Source: Savitreella phatthalungensis (taxonomy: Eukaryota). From it: 64,000 nucleotides of DNA. Where the stretch lies: positions 1-64,000 of the forward strand of contig AP039711.1 of assembly GCA_051599415.1 (NCBI GenBank), in the 5' to 3' direction. Positions 40,958 to 51,981 of this stretch are shown here, in pieces. The first letter of the stretch is position 1. Each line of letters starts with the position of its first letter. Both the position numbers and the translations under genes were made by a program. Under the pieces are notes generated by a model. It was not told where the DNA came from and did no database searches. It saw nothing but the letters and a program-made list of their open reading frames with translations.

Positions 40958-43900
40958 CTATCTGTCGATCTGGGTCTTCCGTCGACGTGCCAGCTGATCC
41001 TGTAGCTTTGCGAAAGGTGACCCTCCAACACCATCGAGATACTGCCTTGCTTGTCCTTGCTTTGGAATGCGGTCGATGAGTGAGGCTGCCGCTGCTGCAA
41101 CGGGATACCTACCTGCTTGGAGTCTTGATGCGGCGTAACCCATAAGTGTCTCTAGGACGTGCCTGCGCCTGAATGGCTGTATGTCGGTGGCTGCGTCGTC
41201 CTGAGCGGTGAGTGCTGGACTGATCATCCGGACTAGCCAACCAAATGATCTAGCATGCTCGTCTGTCTCTCCGACGAGAGCATACCACATCGGCACATCG
41301 TCTAGCTCAAACGCTGGCCTGGCGAGTAGGAACCTGTTGACGTGCTCGAACAGGTGGTGTGTGGGTGACTGGATGACGTGTAGAGCGGCTGCTAGGAAGC
41401 TTGTGATGAGTCTTGGAAGTGGAGAGTCGGTGAGCGAGATTGGTAGGATTGATTCTGAGAGAACGTTGAAGAAGGTGATGACTTCGGCATTCGACTTGAC
41501 TGCCACTGTTGTCGCCCCTTCGCACGCAGTCCATACATCACCCAACACCTTCGCCGCCCGTGCTCGTACTTCAACTTCACCGTCCGAGAGTCCCAGAAGA
41601 CACACACCGACGAGCCCACTTTCGAACAAACCGGCAAGCGATTCTCTATCGGCAGTCAGCAACATCGCCGTCAGGTCGATTGCGGCTGTGACACTGTAGG
41701 GATTGACATTTTGTTCGACCTCGTTCAGGACTGCTGCTTTGCATCGTGCTTGGCAAATTTGCAGCTCGAGTTTGCCATCCGGCGTCCGGTGGAAAGGATT
41801 AGCCAGAGGATCCTGCTGGTCGAATCTGGCGCTGACGACGCGTCCTGCTGCTGGTACGCCAAGTGATTGCTCTACTGCCGCGAGGCACGTTCTGATGTTG
41901 TTGTCGCTCGGAATAGGAGACGCTGTGAAGGCGAGGAGAAGGACGTCGAGGAGATCTGGTGTGGCTGATGATGGTGAGGATGTGAGGAGTGCTCGGAGGA
42001 GTGAGATGGCTTCATCTGAGAAATCTTCCGCTTTGACGGATGCAAGATCCTGGACAGCGCGACTGTAGTTGAACGCCTCATTCTCCCGGCCACGCACTAG
42101 CGCCTCCAGGAACTGAAGTACGACTGGATGACGGACCTGGTTCTCGAGCGCCGCAGAGACCATGGCGTCAAGCAGCGCACGCGTGTCACTGACAAAGCAG
42201 CTTTCCGAGCGTGACACGTATGTAGAGATGAACGGGAGACTGGTCAATACCGCTGGAGATAACTGCTTTCCTTCCTGCACACGGTCTTCTGCAAATCGCC
42301 GGGTAAGCTTTGACACAAGCTGCCTGTGGAAGTCACGCAAATCTGGGTCGCGCGAAGGAAGTGCGGCGAGAAGCTTCAGACGACCATCCAAGACAACTTC
42401 CCTTGTCAATACCTCGGAGATCAGGCCATCAGACAGGTAGTCCCTGCAATTGTGCAACAGATTGACCAGCCTATCGTCTGACAAATCGACTTGAGCAGCT
42501 TTCAGATGCGTCAGCCGCATCTGTGACGCGACAGTCTCGGGCTGTGACTTGCTGAGCTGGGTCATGGCAGCTAAATGCTGGAGGTCCCTGGGAATCAGGT
42601 CTAGCATCATGCTATTGTCTGGGCTGTCGAGCGCAAGAGCGAGAAGCTCATCTTTGAGCTCGACGAGCTCGCTTGGAATATCGTGCCAGTTGAGCCCGGT
42701 CGGAGCGGCTCCCGAGCGGACACAAGCATCAAGAAGTGCCTGCAGCACAGTGCGAGTAATGGAACTTTGAGCGGCGTTGATGTGTGGAAGACTGGAGGCG
42801 ACGACATCTTTGGATGATGTTGCGCCGAGGATGATAACCAGCTCATCGACTGCGATGTTTCTCTCATGAAGCACAAGTTCCATCACATTGTCAGTCAGGA
42901 GATGCTCGAGATGCCGAGGACCACAGTGCCGCAACAGCTTGATCAGCAAGTGGCTGTCAAGATCACCCTGCCCAAACACCTTGCCGACCACATTTGCCAC
43001 CTGCGAAGTGATTTGCTCGAGCTGCTGCACCCTGGTGATGAGCAGTGCCTTGACCTCTTCGGACGCATGATTCTCCGGACCATCAAGAACCGCCTCCTGA
43101 CCACGAGCGGCATCAGTGAAGGCCGCCACAATCTTCCAGTCCTCGTCGTCCACCTCTACATCCCGCGGAGCGCCAGTCGTACTCCTAGGTTTGAACCCGT
43201 CAATGCGCTCGCCCACTTGCACAAACAGCCTGCAGAGTCTATCGGCCAGCGGCGCGAAGTGCTGTCGATGGTCGACTTGCTCCTGGAGGACAGTGACGAT
43301 GCCGCTTGCTGCCTGCGGATCCTTAAGCTTGTCGAGATACTTGAATGGTGCCGCCTGGAACCTGAGACAAGCGTCTTCAACGAAGTCCAGGGCCGCTGGG
43401 AGGTCGCGCTCGTGACGCAGGATCTCGAGCAATGCGAGTGTTCTGGGTGGGTGGTCGATATGGAAGAGAAGGGTGTTTGCGAGTATTGCTGCATGGAGTG
43501 AGATGGTGGCCTTCCTTGCAAGGACACGATCTTCTTCAGATAGAATGTACTCGACGGTTGCCCTGAACACAGAGCGAGCTGCTTTCTTACCGAAAAGCAC
43601 AACGTTCGGGATTCGAGGCAGTAACGCAACCAGATCAATCTTCTCGCTATCAGAAGCGTCCTCACCGAGCACCCGCGCCAATCGGGCAAAGTCAAATCCA
43701 GCCACCTCATCAAACACTTCGACACTCCGTCGCACACACCCAATCGCTGCCTCTCTCAGCAGCTTGCCTGACTCAGAGGCCTCGGTGCCGGTGAACGTGA
43801 CGGTAGCTGCGTTGACGAGGAGTGAGAAGTCAGGCATGCGTGACTGGATGAGATCGACTGGTGGATCTGGTGTGTGGGTGCAAATGAGTGCGATCCTGTC

Positions 43901-45226
43901 AAGGGCTTCTTTCAGAGCAGTCATGCCAGAAAGGCGGACGAGCTCCGACTCGTGCGACAAGATCTTCGTCATCTGTCTCGACAGAGCAGCCGGCAGTCCC
44001 AGCTCCACGAGTGCCTTTGTCGGGCAGCCATCAAGACTTTGTAGGGGAAGAGGTATGCGGGAGATCGCTCTCAAGAGGTTCACGCTCTTTATCCAGCCGG
44101 CATCCAGCTTCGGGACGAGATCGAGTTTGGTGTTGTGGGTGTAGTGAGCGATGAGCTCGGGTGTGGTTGTTAGAGCATCTATCAGGAGTGTCTGTTGGAG
44201 TGGATCCTGAACGGGTTTGAGTGAGAGTAGGAGTGCTCCGACGACCGGGTTGTAAATGGCTGATTTTGGAGGCGGTCGCAAGCCGTCACTCTCGAATAAA
44301 AGGCCGTAATTCGTGTCGGTGGCAACACGTCTCATAAAGTTGTGAAGAACGCCTCTGATATCCCCACCGTCGTCCCGGTACAGCGTGAGAAGTCTTGCGA
44401 GGTGGTGCTCGTTCAGGCAGGAGAGCTTCACGCTCCGGGAGACGTGCTTGTCGTCGAGTACGGCTGATAGTCCATCTAGCAGTCTTCTTGCAGACTCATC
44501 GGGATCTGTGGCGACGTGCTTGAAGACATCGTTCATGACTGTGCGCAGTGAGACCAACTCGCTCGTCTGTGCAGGAGGACAGTGCTGCATGAGTGCAGAG
44601 ATCATGTGAATGGTAATGTCACGGGCAATGGATCCGCCAGCGGGAGTCATCTCCCTTTTACGTTTACCAAGAGACACGGAGGAGTCCTGATTTGAGGTTG
44701 GAGCACCCTTGACGATGAGCAGCTTGTGGAAGAGTTTGCTAGTGGCAGGATCAAGCATTGTATATACTTCGGCTGCCGATGCACCGCCGTCATGCTCCAC
44801 CATCTCGACGAGGAGTCTGAGGACAGGATGGAGTGTATGCGGTTTGGCAGCTGCAAGTGTGCGATGAAACAGCTTGCTGTGGTCACTAATCAGCCTGCGG
44901 ACAAGCTGTTTGCCATTACCATAGCTGTGATTGCCTGCTGAGGCTGTCCCTGAAGCTGTGCCTGCACCTGCAGTTGCACTGGCGCTTGCACCTGCGCTGT
45001 TCCTGCCGAGTATCCTGATACATTGGGCGATGACCTTGACCAGACGGACGAGAGACTTGTGGTCATTGGTCTCGGATGCCTTGCGAAGGTCTGTGAGGAC
45101 ATCAAATGGCCCACCAGGGAGGAGAAAGGAAGCTAGAACATCTTGAGCACGCTTATTACCTCCTTCACCTGAGGAATATACCTCGAGAGCTGCCGCAAAA
45201 TCATCTGCGACCGAGTTATCACTCAT
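40958..45226 (-). CDS. URB1: Nucleolar pre-ribosomal-associated protein 1 (Npa1/Urb1)
   Basis: 1422-aa helical ORF; N-terminal Npa1-like region and C-terminal PTHHLFEHVNRFLLARP..DVPMW resembling NopRA1. Confidence 0.8.
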   Translation of the reverse strand: MSDNSVADDFAAALEVYSSGEGGNKRAQDVLASFLLPGGPFDVLTDLRKASETNDHKSLVRLVKVIAQCIRILGRNSAGASASATAGAGTASGTASAGNHSYGNGKQLVRRLISDHSKLFHRTLAAAKPHTLHPVLRLLVEMVEHDGGASAAEVYTMLDPATSKLFHKLLIVKGAPTSNQDSSVSLGKRKREMTPAGGSIARDITIHMISALMQHCPPAQTSELVSLRTVMNDVFKHVATDPDESARRLLDGLSAVLDDKHVSRSVKLSCLNEHHLARLLTLYRDDGGDIRGVLHNFMRRVATDTNYGLLFESDGLRPPPKSAIYNPVVGALLLSLKPVQDPLQQTLLIDALTTTPELIAHYTHNTKLDLVPKLDAGWIKSVNLLRAISRIPLPLQSLDGCPTKALVELGLPAALSRQMTKILSHESELVRLSGMTALKEALDRIALICTHTPDPPVDLIQSRMPDFSLLVNAATVTFTGTEASESGKLLREAAIGCVRRSVEVFDEVAGFDFARLARVLGEDASDSEKIDLVALLPRIPNVVLFGKKAARSVFRATVEYILSEEDRVLARKATISLHAAILANTLLFHIDHPPRTLALLEILRHERDLPAALDFVEDACLRFQAAPFKYLDKLKDPQAASGIVTVLQEQVDHRQHFAPLADRLCRLFVQVGERIDGFKPRSTTGAPRDVEVDDEDWKIVAAFTDAARGQEAVLDGPENHASEEVKALLITRVQQLEQITSQVANVVGKVFGQGDLDSHLLIKLLRHCGPRHLEHLLTDNVMELVLHERNIAVDELVIILGATSSKDVVASSLPHINAAQSSITRTVLQALLDACVRSGAAPTGLNWHDIPSELVELKDELLALALDSPDNSMMLDLIPRDLQHLAAMTQLSKSQPETVASQMRLTHLKAAQVDLSDDRLVNLLHNCRDYLSDGLISEVLTREVVLDGRLKLLAALPSRDPDLRDFHRQLVSKLTRRFAEDRVQEGKQLSPAVLTSLPFISTYVSRSESCFVSDTRALLDAMVSAALENQVRHPVVLQFLEALVRGRENEAFNYSRAVQDLASVKAEDFSDEAISLLRALLTSSPSSATPDLLDVLLLAFTASPIPSDNNIRTCLAAVEQSLGVPAAGRVVSARFDQQDPLANPFHRTPDGKLELQICQARCKAAVLNEVEQNVNPYSVTAAIDLTAMLLTADRESLAGLFESGLVGVCLLGLSDGEVEVRARAAKVLGDVWTACEGATTVAVKSNAEVITFFNVLSESILPISLTDSPLPRLITSFLAAALHVIQSPTHHLFEHVNRFLLARPAFELDDVPMWYALVGETDEHARSFGWLVRMISPALTAQDDAATDIQPFRRRHVLETLMGYAASRLQAGRYPVAAAAASLIDRIPKQGQARQYLDGVGGSPFAKLQDQLARRRKTQIDR

Positions 45227-45602
45227 GCGCCAGACGGAGAGGATCGACTGAGCACCTCCAAGCAGATCTAGATACTCAGAGGGCTTTAGCAGCTGTGGGG
45301 GAAGGTGTAGGTGTGGTTGTGAGTGTGTGCCTGTGTATGGATGTGTGGGACAGGTATGGCTGTTCCTAAATTTAGCACATTGAGCAATCTACAATTTTTG
45401 TACGACGGTGTCACAACCTTCTTAGAAGCTTGTACAACCTCTCACAAAGTCTCCCAAGACATACATCGCACAACACACGTCGACAACTACAAGGGAGTCG
45501 ATAGAGTAACGACTACAACGGTAAATTCTCTTCAGAGTCACAACTATCTGGAGCAAGTAGCCTTCTTGGGACTATTACTGCAATACTAGGACTCTACAGA
45601 CC

Positions 45603-46082
45603 ATGTCGAACGAGATTGGTACACGCGCTCCTGCAGACTTTGATCCAGAGACTGCAGACAACGCCCAAGAGATTGAGAAGCAATTCGCAGTCAAGGCTGT
45701 ACAGCATCTAGAAATCTACTGGAAGCTTCTATCGATGCGGAAAGGAAGTGAACTTCAATTGACAAAGCTAGACGATGCCATCTACCTACACCTCGTAAGT
45801 GCCTTTCCACAGTACTCTACAAAGGAAGGCACTGCAGAACCACTTGATGAGGACCGGATGAAGAGTAGTGAAGGTAAAGCCGCGTGGAGGACATTCATGA
45901 TGAAGTATGAGAAAGTTGTGGATGACTACAACTTTGGAACCATGCTTCGGAAACGGGCAGATGACGAGTACACAGAGAGCAACACAATCTTTGCACCAAG
46001 AATGCAGTTTCTGGCGATTGAGGTGGCCAGAAACAGGTTTGGGTTGAATGACTGGGTGTATGAGGCTGCACATCGGAAGTGA
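45603..46082 (+). CDS. PBDC1/YPL225W-family protein
   Basis: EIEKQFAVKAV, LTKLDDAIY, DYNFGTMLR and QFLAIEVARNR motifs. Confidence 0.9.
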   Translation: MSNEIGTRAPADFDPETADNAQEIEKQFAVKAVQHLEIYWKLLSMRKGSELQLTKLDDAIYLHLVSAFPQYSTKEGTAEPLDEDRMKSSEGKAAWRTFMMKYEKVVDDYNFGTMLRKRADDEYTESNTIFAPRMQFLAIEVARNRFGLNDWVYEAAHRK

Positions 46083-46892
46083 TCTCTGGAGATGCTGTCA
46101 CAGGTACACTTATAGGAGACAGAAGACGGAAGACGATGGTCTGGATACGGTAGATTGGTGTCAGGAGTGAGCAGACAGGAGATGAAGGCAGTACTTGGGA
46201 GGTTGAGGAGGACAGGTTACTCGTCTGGCCTTGTTCGTCTTGAACTAGAGACACAAGACTTGACTTTGGAGGATGGGCAGATACAATGGCAGTCACAATG
46301 ATACGATGGCTCTCTCATTGCACACTTTGTCTGACTGAACCTGCTGCGTGACAATCTCTACACAGGGACTCTGATCTTCTGAGCCGTACAGAGTGTCATC
46401 TGCCAGCTGAACTCCAGTATCTGTCTGTCTTTGACTGTGTACTTGACCGTGTACTGGTGTGCGTGTGGTTGAACGTCCACTGTAGCCTGTCGTCTTCTCT
46501 TTCCTCTTCATTTTTGTGCATTCATTTGACAAACAGTCAACAATCGCCTACTTTCTGTGACACCTGAGACGTTGAAGACATCCACCATCACCCTACACTC
46601 CCTTTACCACCACTACCACCACCATAAGACACTCGATACTCCAAGGTTACTACGCTTGAGGACTCTATACTCAAGGTAAAGACACTTTCTAAGTCGCTTG
46701 AAGGATCATCCTGTCAATCAGCTACAACTACAAGTCCAACCAACCTTACTGGTCTCTTCTATTCCTCCCGTCTTGATCGCCATCTCCCTTACTCCTGCTC
46801 CCTCCCCTCTCTCTCCCTCTTTTTCACGCTCTGTATTTCTCTCTCTTTCTGGCTTTTGAGGCTTCTCTCATTCTCTTGATACCTACGTTCCC

Positions 46893-49085
46893 ATGGACGC
46901 CAGCGATCAGGCCTCAAAGGCACTCTCAGATGATGCGCTCGGCCACCGTCTCCCGTATCGCAGGTATCCACCAGAACAGATGATAGCCCTTCGTCAATCG
47001 CCTTTAGTCGCAAAGATGAACGTCGATGTCCCAGACTGGGTCACTCGAAAAGCCATGGACAAGGCCAGAGAACAGCGGGCACAGCATCCAGTTCATACCG
47101 ATGGTTTCACTCAGGTCCCTGGCAGCGAACGCGAACGCGAACGCGGTCAAGGCAGAGACCGCGTAGATCGCGACCGCATAGATCGCGATGGCAACACCAG
47201 ACCACCACGCGGCGATGCACGAGAACCCAGAGAGTTCCGGGAAAGTAGAGATGGAACATCGTCAACTGGATACAGAGCAGCAGCTGGTCTAGATAGCTCT
47301 GACAGGAGGCTTACGCGGCGTGAACGAGAAAGAGAACACCGCGAACGGATCGCTGCAGGTTCTGGCAACGCCGGAGGCCCCGGATCAGGCGCAACGGTAA
47401 CGCAGACATCAAAGGACGACGGTCTATGGGAAGAAAAGCGTTCGAGGCGTGCAGATGGAGCTGGACCGGGCACTGGTACAGGTATCGGCGGCGCACGCGG
47501 TCCAGGCGCAAACGCACATGCACATGCCAGCTCAGGGACAAACTCGAGTGCAGGCGCGAGAGCAGGATCCTCGGCTGCAGTGCAGGCGTTCGACCAGGAA
47601 TTTGCAGCTGTCACATCTGGCGCACGTCCACCTTCGGCCAGGACACGTCCAGATCGACAGGCGAGACATGCCGCACAGGTAGCTGCCCAGGATGAACACC
47701 TTCCGCGACTGGCCGATGAAGACGATGATCCACGGGGCAAGACGATGGACGACTTTGAAAAGTGGAAAGCAGCGATGAGGAAGAGTCAGGGTCTGCCAGA
47801 GAAGGAGGAGACAAAAGCGAAGGATTCGACGGCAAGTGCTAACTCTGCCTCAGCTCCAGCTAAAGCAGCCGCGTCAACAGCAGCATCAGAATCCGCATCG
47901 GCAGCAACGTCAGCAGCCACACCAGCGGTCAATGCGCCGCCAGGCTTCAATATTGTCCCTTCACGGCCTGCAGCTGCCACAGCCTCTCCATCTAAGCCTA
48001 TGGGTACGTCTAAGTTCAGCAAGTTCTTTGGCGCAGCCAAGGACGAGCCTGCTCGAGCGCCTTCACCCGCCATGGCGGCGGCGGCAGCAGCAGCAGCATC
48101 ATCGTCAGCGTCAGCGACATCGGGTAACCCAGCGAACGCTCCGCCTTCTGCAGACGCGCTCTCTGGACTGTTTGCCGCAAACAAGTCTGGTAGTCGTGAA
48201 GATGCTGAAGGATTTGAACGGATCCTCGCGATGCTCTCTGGCGGAGGCAAGTCCAGCAACCAACCGGCGAAAGACTCGGTCGTACCGCAGACGACTCGTA
48301 AGGCGGGACCTCCTCCAGGATATGACGCCAAGCCAGCGGCTCATGCTCAGGCTCCAGCTCACTCGCATGCACCGCCAGTATCTTCCAAAGCTGGCGAAAT
48401 TCTAGCACACCACACGCAGAATCAAGACTTCTTCATGTCGCTTCTTGGCAATGACGGTCGTGCGCCAGCAAATGCTGCTCCTCCCCAGCCGCATCACCCA
48501 CAGCAGTCACGCCCACCGCACCGGGGGCCACCGCCGCCCATGCCACCATTCGCTCAGCCGCCTCCACCGCACACGTCCTCGTCATCAGCTGGCAATCGGC
48601 AAGGCGAGATTGATTTCTTGACGTCCCTGATGCAGCAACAGCAGGTTGGCGGCAGCGGCAACCATGGACCTGGACGACCACCACACGGTCCGCCGTCATC
48701 GGCGAATGCTGCAGCAGCAGCAGCACCGTATGCCATGTATGGCAACGGCGGTGCGTACCCTGCGCCTCCACCATCTAGTGGCATGCGCGTCGGCATGCCG
48801 CCTCCACCAATGCAAGGCGGTCACACAATGCCGTACCCAGGCGCAGGCCCACCGCCTCCTCCAAGAACTGAATACCACCAGCATTTCCCACCACTCGGCG
48901 GCCACCAACCGCAGCAGCAGCCACAGCAACAACACCGCCCAGGCAATGCATTTGAGCTCGATCCACGGATGCCACTCGCAAACCACCCACAACAGCAACC
49001 ACCATCCCAAGCACGCAGGCATGACTTCTTCCCTGCACCACCACCTCCTCCATCACACGCTCACCCGCATTCGCATCCGCATTGA
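46893..49085 (+). CDS. Low-complexity putative eIF4E-binding protein (Eap1/4E-T-like)
   Basis: N-terminal RRYPPEQMIALRQSPLV is a variant of YxxxxL-phi; islands DDFEKWKAAMR, SKFSKFF and GFERILAML; Pro/Gln-rich tail. Confidence 0.6.
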   Translation: MDASDQASKALSDDALGHRLPYRRYPPEQMIALRQSPLVAKMNVDVPDWVTRKAMDKAREQRAQHPVHTDGFTQVPGSERERERGQGRDRVDRDRIDRDGNTRPPRGDAREPREFRESRDGTSSTGYRAAAGLDSSDRRLTRREREREHRERIAAGSGNAGGPGSGATVTQTSKDDGLWEEKRSRRADGAGPGTGTGIGGARGPGANAHAHASSGTNSSAGARAGSSAAVQAFDQEFAAVTSGARPPSARTRPDRQARHAAQVAAQDEHLPRLADEDDDPRGKTMDDFEKWKAAMRKSQGLPEKEETKAKDSTASANSASAPAKAAASTAASESASAATSAATPAVNAPPGFNIVPSRPAAATASPSKPMGTSKFSKFFGAAKDEPARAPSPAMAAAAAAAASSSASATSGNPANAPPSADALSGLFAANKSGSREDAEGFERILAMLSGGGKSSNQPAKDSVVPQTTRKAGPPPGYDAKPAAHAQAPAHSHAPPVSSKAGEILAHHTQNQDFFMSLLGNDGRAPANAAPPQPHHPQQSRPPHRGPPPPMPPFAQPPPPHTSSSSAGNRQGEIDFLTSLMQQQQVGGSGNHGPGRPPHGPPSSANAAAAAAPYAMYGNGGAYPAPPPSSGMRVGMPPPPMQGGHTMPYPGAGPPPPPRTEYHQHFPPLGGHQPQQQPQQQHRPGNAFELDPRMPLANHPQQQPPSQARRHDFFPAPPPPPSHAHPHSHPH

Positions 49086-49299
49086 TCTCTTTCTCACTCT
49101 CTCACACTCTCACTCTCTCCCTAACTCTTTCTTTCTCTCTCACTCAATCAGCCTTCACTGTCTGATCCCGTGAGCCCTCGTCAGCGTGTATGTGTTTGTA
49201 TGTGGATGTGTCTCTCTCCCGCATATGGAGTGCCCTCAGATCTCAACTCACTTCAGCAAGCGACATGAACGTCCTTCGTCTCTCTATTTACGAACCCCT

Positions 49300-50673
49300 T
49301 CACAACTGGCCCTTGATGTCGACTGCTCGTCCTGTCATGTTTCTCACAGCGGCGTCGATGGAGGGTGTGGCTGCCTTTGTATCGAGGATATGTGTGTTTT
49401 TATCATAGAATGGGTGGTCTGTGTCTCCTAGAAGGTCAGTCATCAGTGTATCAAGGTCGTGTGTAGAGGCACAAGCGAGGATTGGCATGACGGTCTCGAG
49501 GTTGACACTCGGTCTGTACGCCCTTGCGACGACACCCAACCCACAAGCCCTCTCACGCCGGACGAGTGCATCCATCAGGTATCCGGACATCTCAGGCGCA
49601 TCGGCGTAAAGCCGGCCGAGCATGACAAAGTCGTTCCGCACAACAGCCTCTCTGACCTTGCGGGCATGTCGAACGCACGGGTGTGCGCGCGCCTCTGACG
49701 AGAGCGATAGGATGAGAGAGTCTGTGTCTCTGAGGTTGCGGGTGTGGAGGAGGTAGAGGAGTCTGTAAGCTGCAAACTCATGCCGACTGTCCCTGCCTCC
49801 GCCAACAAGCCCGTACAGGGTCTCGAGCTGTGTGCCGCACTGATTGTACTCTCCGAGATCACCCTTCTCGAGCGCAATCCGCGCGTGCGTCTCGTACACC
49901 TCCACAGTCAACGCGTCCCGCACATGCTGCACCGTCAGATCCTGACGCACACTCTTCAGCTGGTCGTTCATGTACCCGTAGTTCTCACCACCGCCATCAC
50001 GCCACTTCCCCTGCAGCAGCAACAGCGTCTCACGCAGCACCGAAGGAGGCCGCACGTTCGATGGATCAGGCGCAGACGTCAGTCGCAAGTACGACCGTTC
50101 AAGCCTAGTACTCGTACCCACTATCGGCTTACAGGTCGACACCGTACCATCGCCATCGTCCATGAATTCACCACCGCCAGAAACCGTCCCAGTGGGTGTA
50201 TCGCGCATTGCTGCAGATGGAGAAGCCGTCGTGGAAGCACTCTTTTCGAATCGTCGCGCTCGCTTCTCTTTCTGTTCGGGGGAATCAAAGCTGACGGTGA
50301 CATCGTCGTGGAGACGGCCGTTTGTGTGGTTAGTGTGAGGTTGCTTTTGGTTGTTAGTCTTGTCGAATCTGGACTTCCGCTTGCCTGTCGCTGGCGCCGG
50401 CGCCTCGACCGGAGGTAGCGGCAGGGGGGAGGGGATGGCGGGTGCTGTGGTGATAGGCGCCGGTAGCCATCCTGGCGGTGGAGGAGGGACGATCGGTGAG
50501 TTCGGAAGGGGTAATGGTACAGACTTCCAGTCAATCTTGTCTACCGTGCCTGCGCGGTAGGCCTCCGTGATGATCGCCTTCAGCGTCCGTTCAAGACCAC
50601 CACGGTCATCGCCAGTGTACGCGACAAACGTTCGTGATACAAAGTCACGCAGGTCAGGCGGCCACTGCGTCAT
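49300..50673 (-). CDS. THP3: SAC3/GANP-family PCI protein Thp3/LENG8
   Basis: IVGTSTRLERSYLRLTSAPDPSNVRP, DQLKSVRQDLTVQ and YETHARIALEKGDLGEYNQC motifs. Confidence 0.9.
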   Translation of the reverse strand: MTQWPPDLRDFVSRTFVAYTGDDRGGLERTLKAIITEAYRAGTVDKIDWKSVPLPLPNSPIVPPPPPGWLPAPITTAPAIPSPLPLPPVEAPAPATGKRKSRFDKTNNQKQPHTNHTNGRLHDDVTVSFDSPEQKEKRARRFEKSASTTASPSAAMRDTPTGTVSGGGEFMDDGDGTVSTCKPIVGTSTRLERSYLRLTSAPDPSNVRPPSVLRETLLLLQGKWRDGGGENYGYMNDQLKSVRQDLTVQHVRDALTVEVYETHARIALEKGDLGEYNQCGTQLETLYGLVGGGRDSRHEFAAYRLLYLLHTRNLRDTDSLILSLSSEARAHPCVRHARKVREAVVRNDFVMLGRLYADAPEMSGYLMDALVRRERACGLGVVARAYRPSVNLETVMPILACASTHDLDTLMTDLLGDTDHPFYDKNTHILDTKAATPSIDAAVRNMTGRAVDIKGQL

Positions 50674-50926
50674 TGATCCCTTCACTAGATCAACCGCTCA
50701 TCTCACGTCCGTTCATAAGTTTGTTTGTTGCGTGTCACGATGTACAAGGGTATAAGTTGTCGTCTTCTCAGGCTTTACCAAATGCGTACAGGAGGATATG
50801 GGTGTCTGTGGTCTTAAGTGGGATGGTGTACAGTAGAGTATATGAATAGAAACTCATATGCTATGTAGGGTAGAGAGGGTAGAGGCTCCTTAACTACAGC
50901 TGGTGGTTACTGTCTCCGAGTAGGCG

Positions 50927-51376
50927 CTAGCCTGTCATGCCACGAGTCATCTCCTGGAGGACGTTGGCATTCAACGGTACACCGGCATCGTCACAGGCTT
51001 TGGCGAATTGTCCAAGGACGTGCTGAACTTGCTCGTCCAACATCATCTTCTCCCATTGCTCAGGCGTTGGCGCCTTGTCCGTAGATAGACCCTTCGACTC
51101 TAGCGTCTCGATCAGCTTCACCATTGCTGATAAAACTTCTGGCGAGTTCCTGATCTTCTTGAGTAGTTCATCTCGTGAAGGACTAGCACTGGCTCCGTGC
51201 CCATCGTCAGACTTGCCCTGTGGCGAACCAGGTGGTGTAGGAGGTGATGTAGCCTGTGAAGCGTGTCTAACAGCAGGAAAAGCTCTATACGTGACGGCAG
51301 ATCGGGTAACTCTGGAGTGAGCAAGTATTGTAGAGCGTGCAGCTGCGGAAACGGCCTTGAATCCACGTCTCAGCAT
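50927..51376 (-). CDS. Small hypothetical protein with mitochondrial presequence
   Basis: MLRRGFKAVSAAARST...VRHAS presequence followed by a short helical domain. Confidence 0.65.
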   Translation of the reverse strand: MLRRGFKAVSAAARSTILAHSRVTRSAVTYRAFPAVRHASQATSPPTPPGSPQGKSDDGHGASASPSRDELLKKIRNSPEVLSAMVKLIETLESKGLSTDKAPTPEQWEKMMLDEQVQHVLGQFAKACDDAGVPLNANVLQEMTRGMTG

Positions 51377-51981
51377 CCTTGACGACGGCGACGATGACGA
51401 CGGAGATGATGATGATGATGTTGTAGATGATGTTGTTGCTATTCGATGACGTCCTTCTGTGCGACTCTCTTGTACGACCTCGCACAGACCTGGAGCTCTT
51501 GCACAGACTTGTACGACGAACAAGGACAACGGCAGCGACCACAAGACAAAGATAACAGCAGCGCCTAGTCGATAACTGTGTCTGTGGAGGAGAGTGAAGT
51601 CGAAGATACAGCTGTGCTGTACTGTGCTGTATGGTTTTACATCATAATTAGGCATGCGCGCGTTGGTGGTACAGTATATACGATAGACGTATACGTGTAA
51701 CACTACAGCACGCCTCAGCACACTCCGGCACATACACACAGCGCAGTACACATCGAGTATGCTCTTGAAAGCATGTCGCAGGTGCTTAGTCTCTTGTGAC
51801 ATCTTATAGAGGTTCGCTGATTTCGATCATCAACACTGAGGCTGTCACGAGTCGCTGCTGGACATCCCTCTTAGCAAAGGACGCGTGTGACGCGTGACGT
51901 GTGACGACTGGCTACGCGTCTCTCTCTAGACTAGAGTACTTCCGGCGTGAGAGAGGTTGACAAGGGCCGACCGGGACAGTC

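Noticed and set aside
45895..46532. Two short minus-strand ORFs downstream of PBDC1
   Set aside because: No homology cues; partly antisense to PBDC1.
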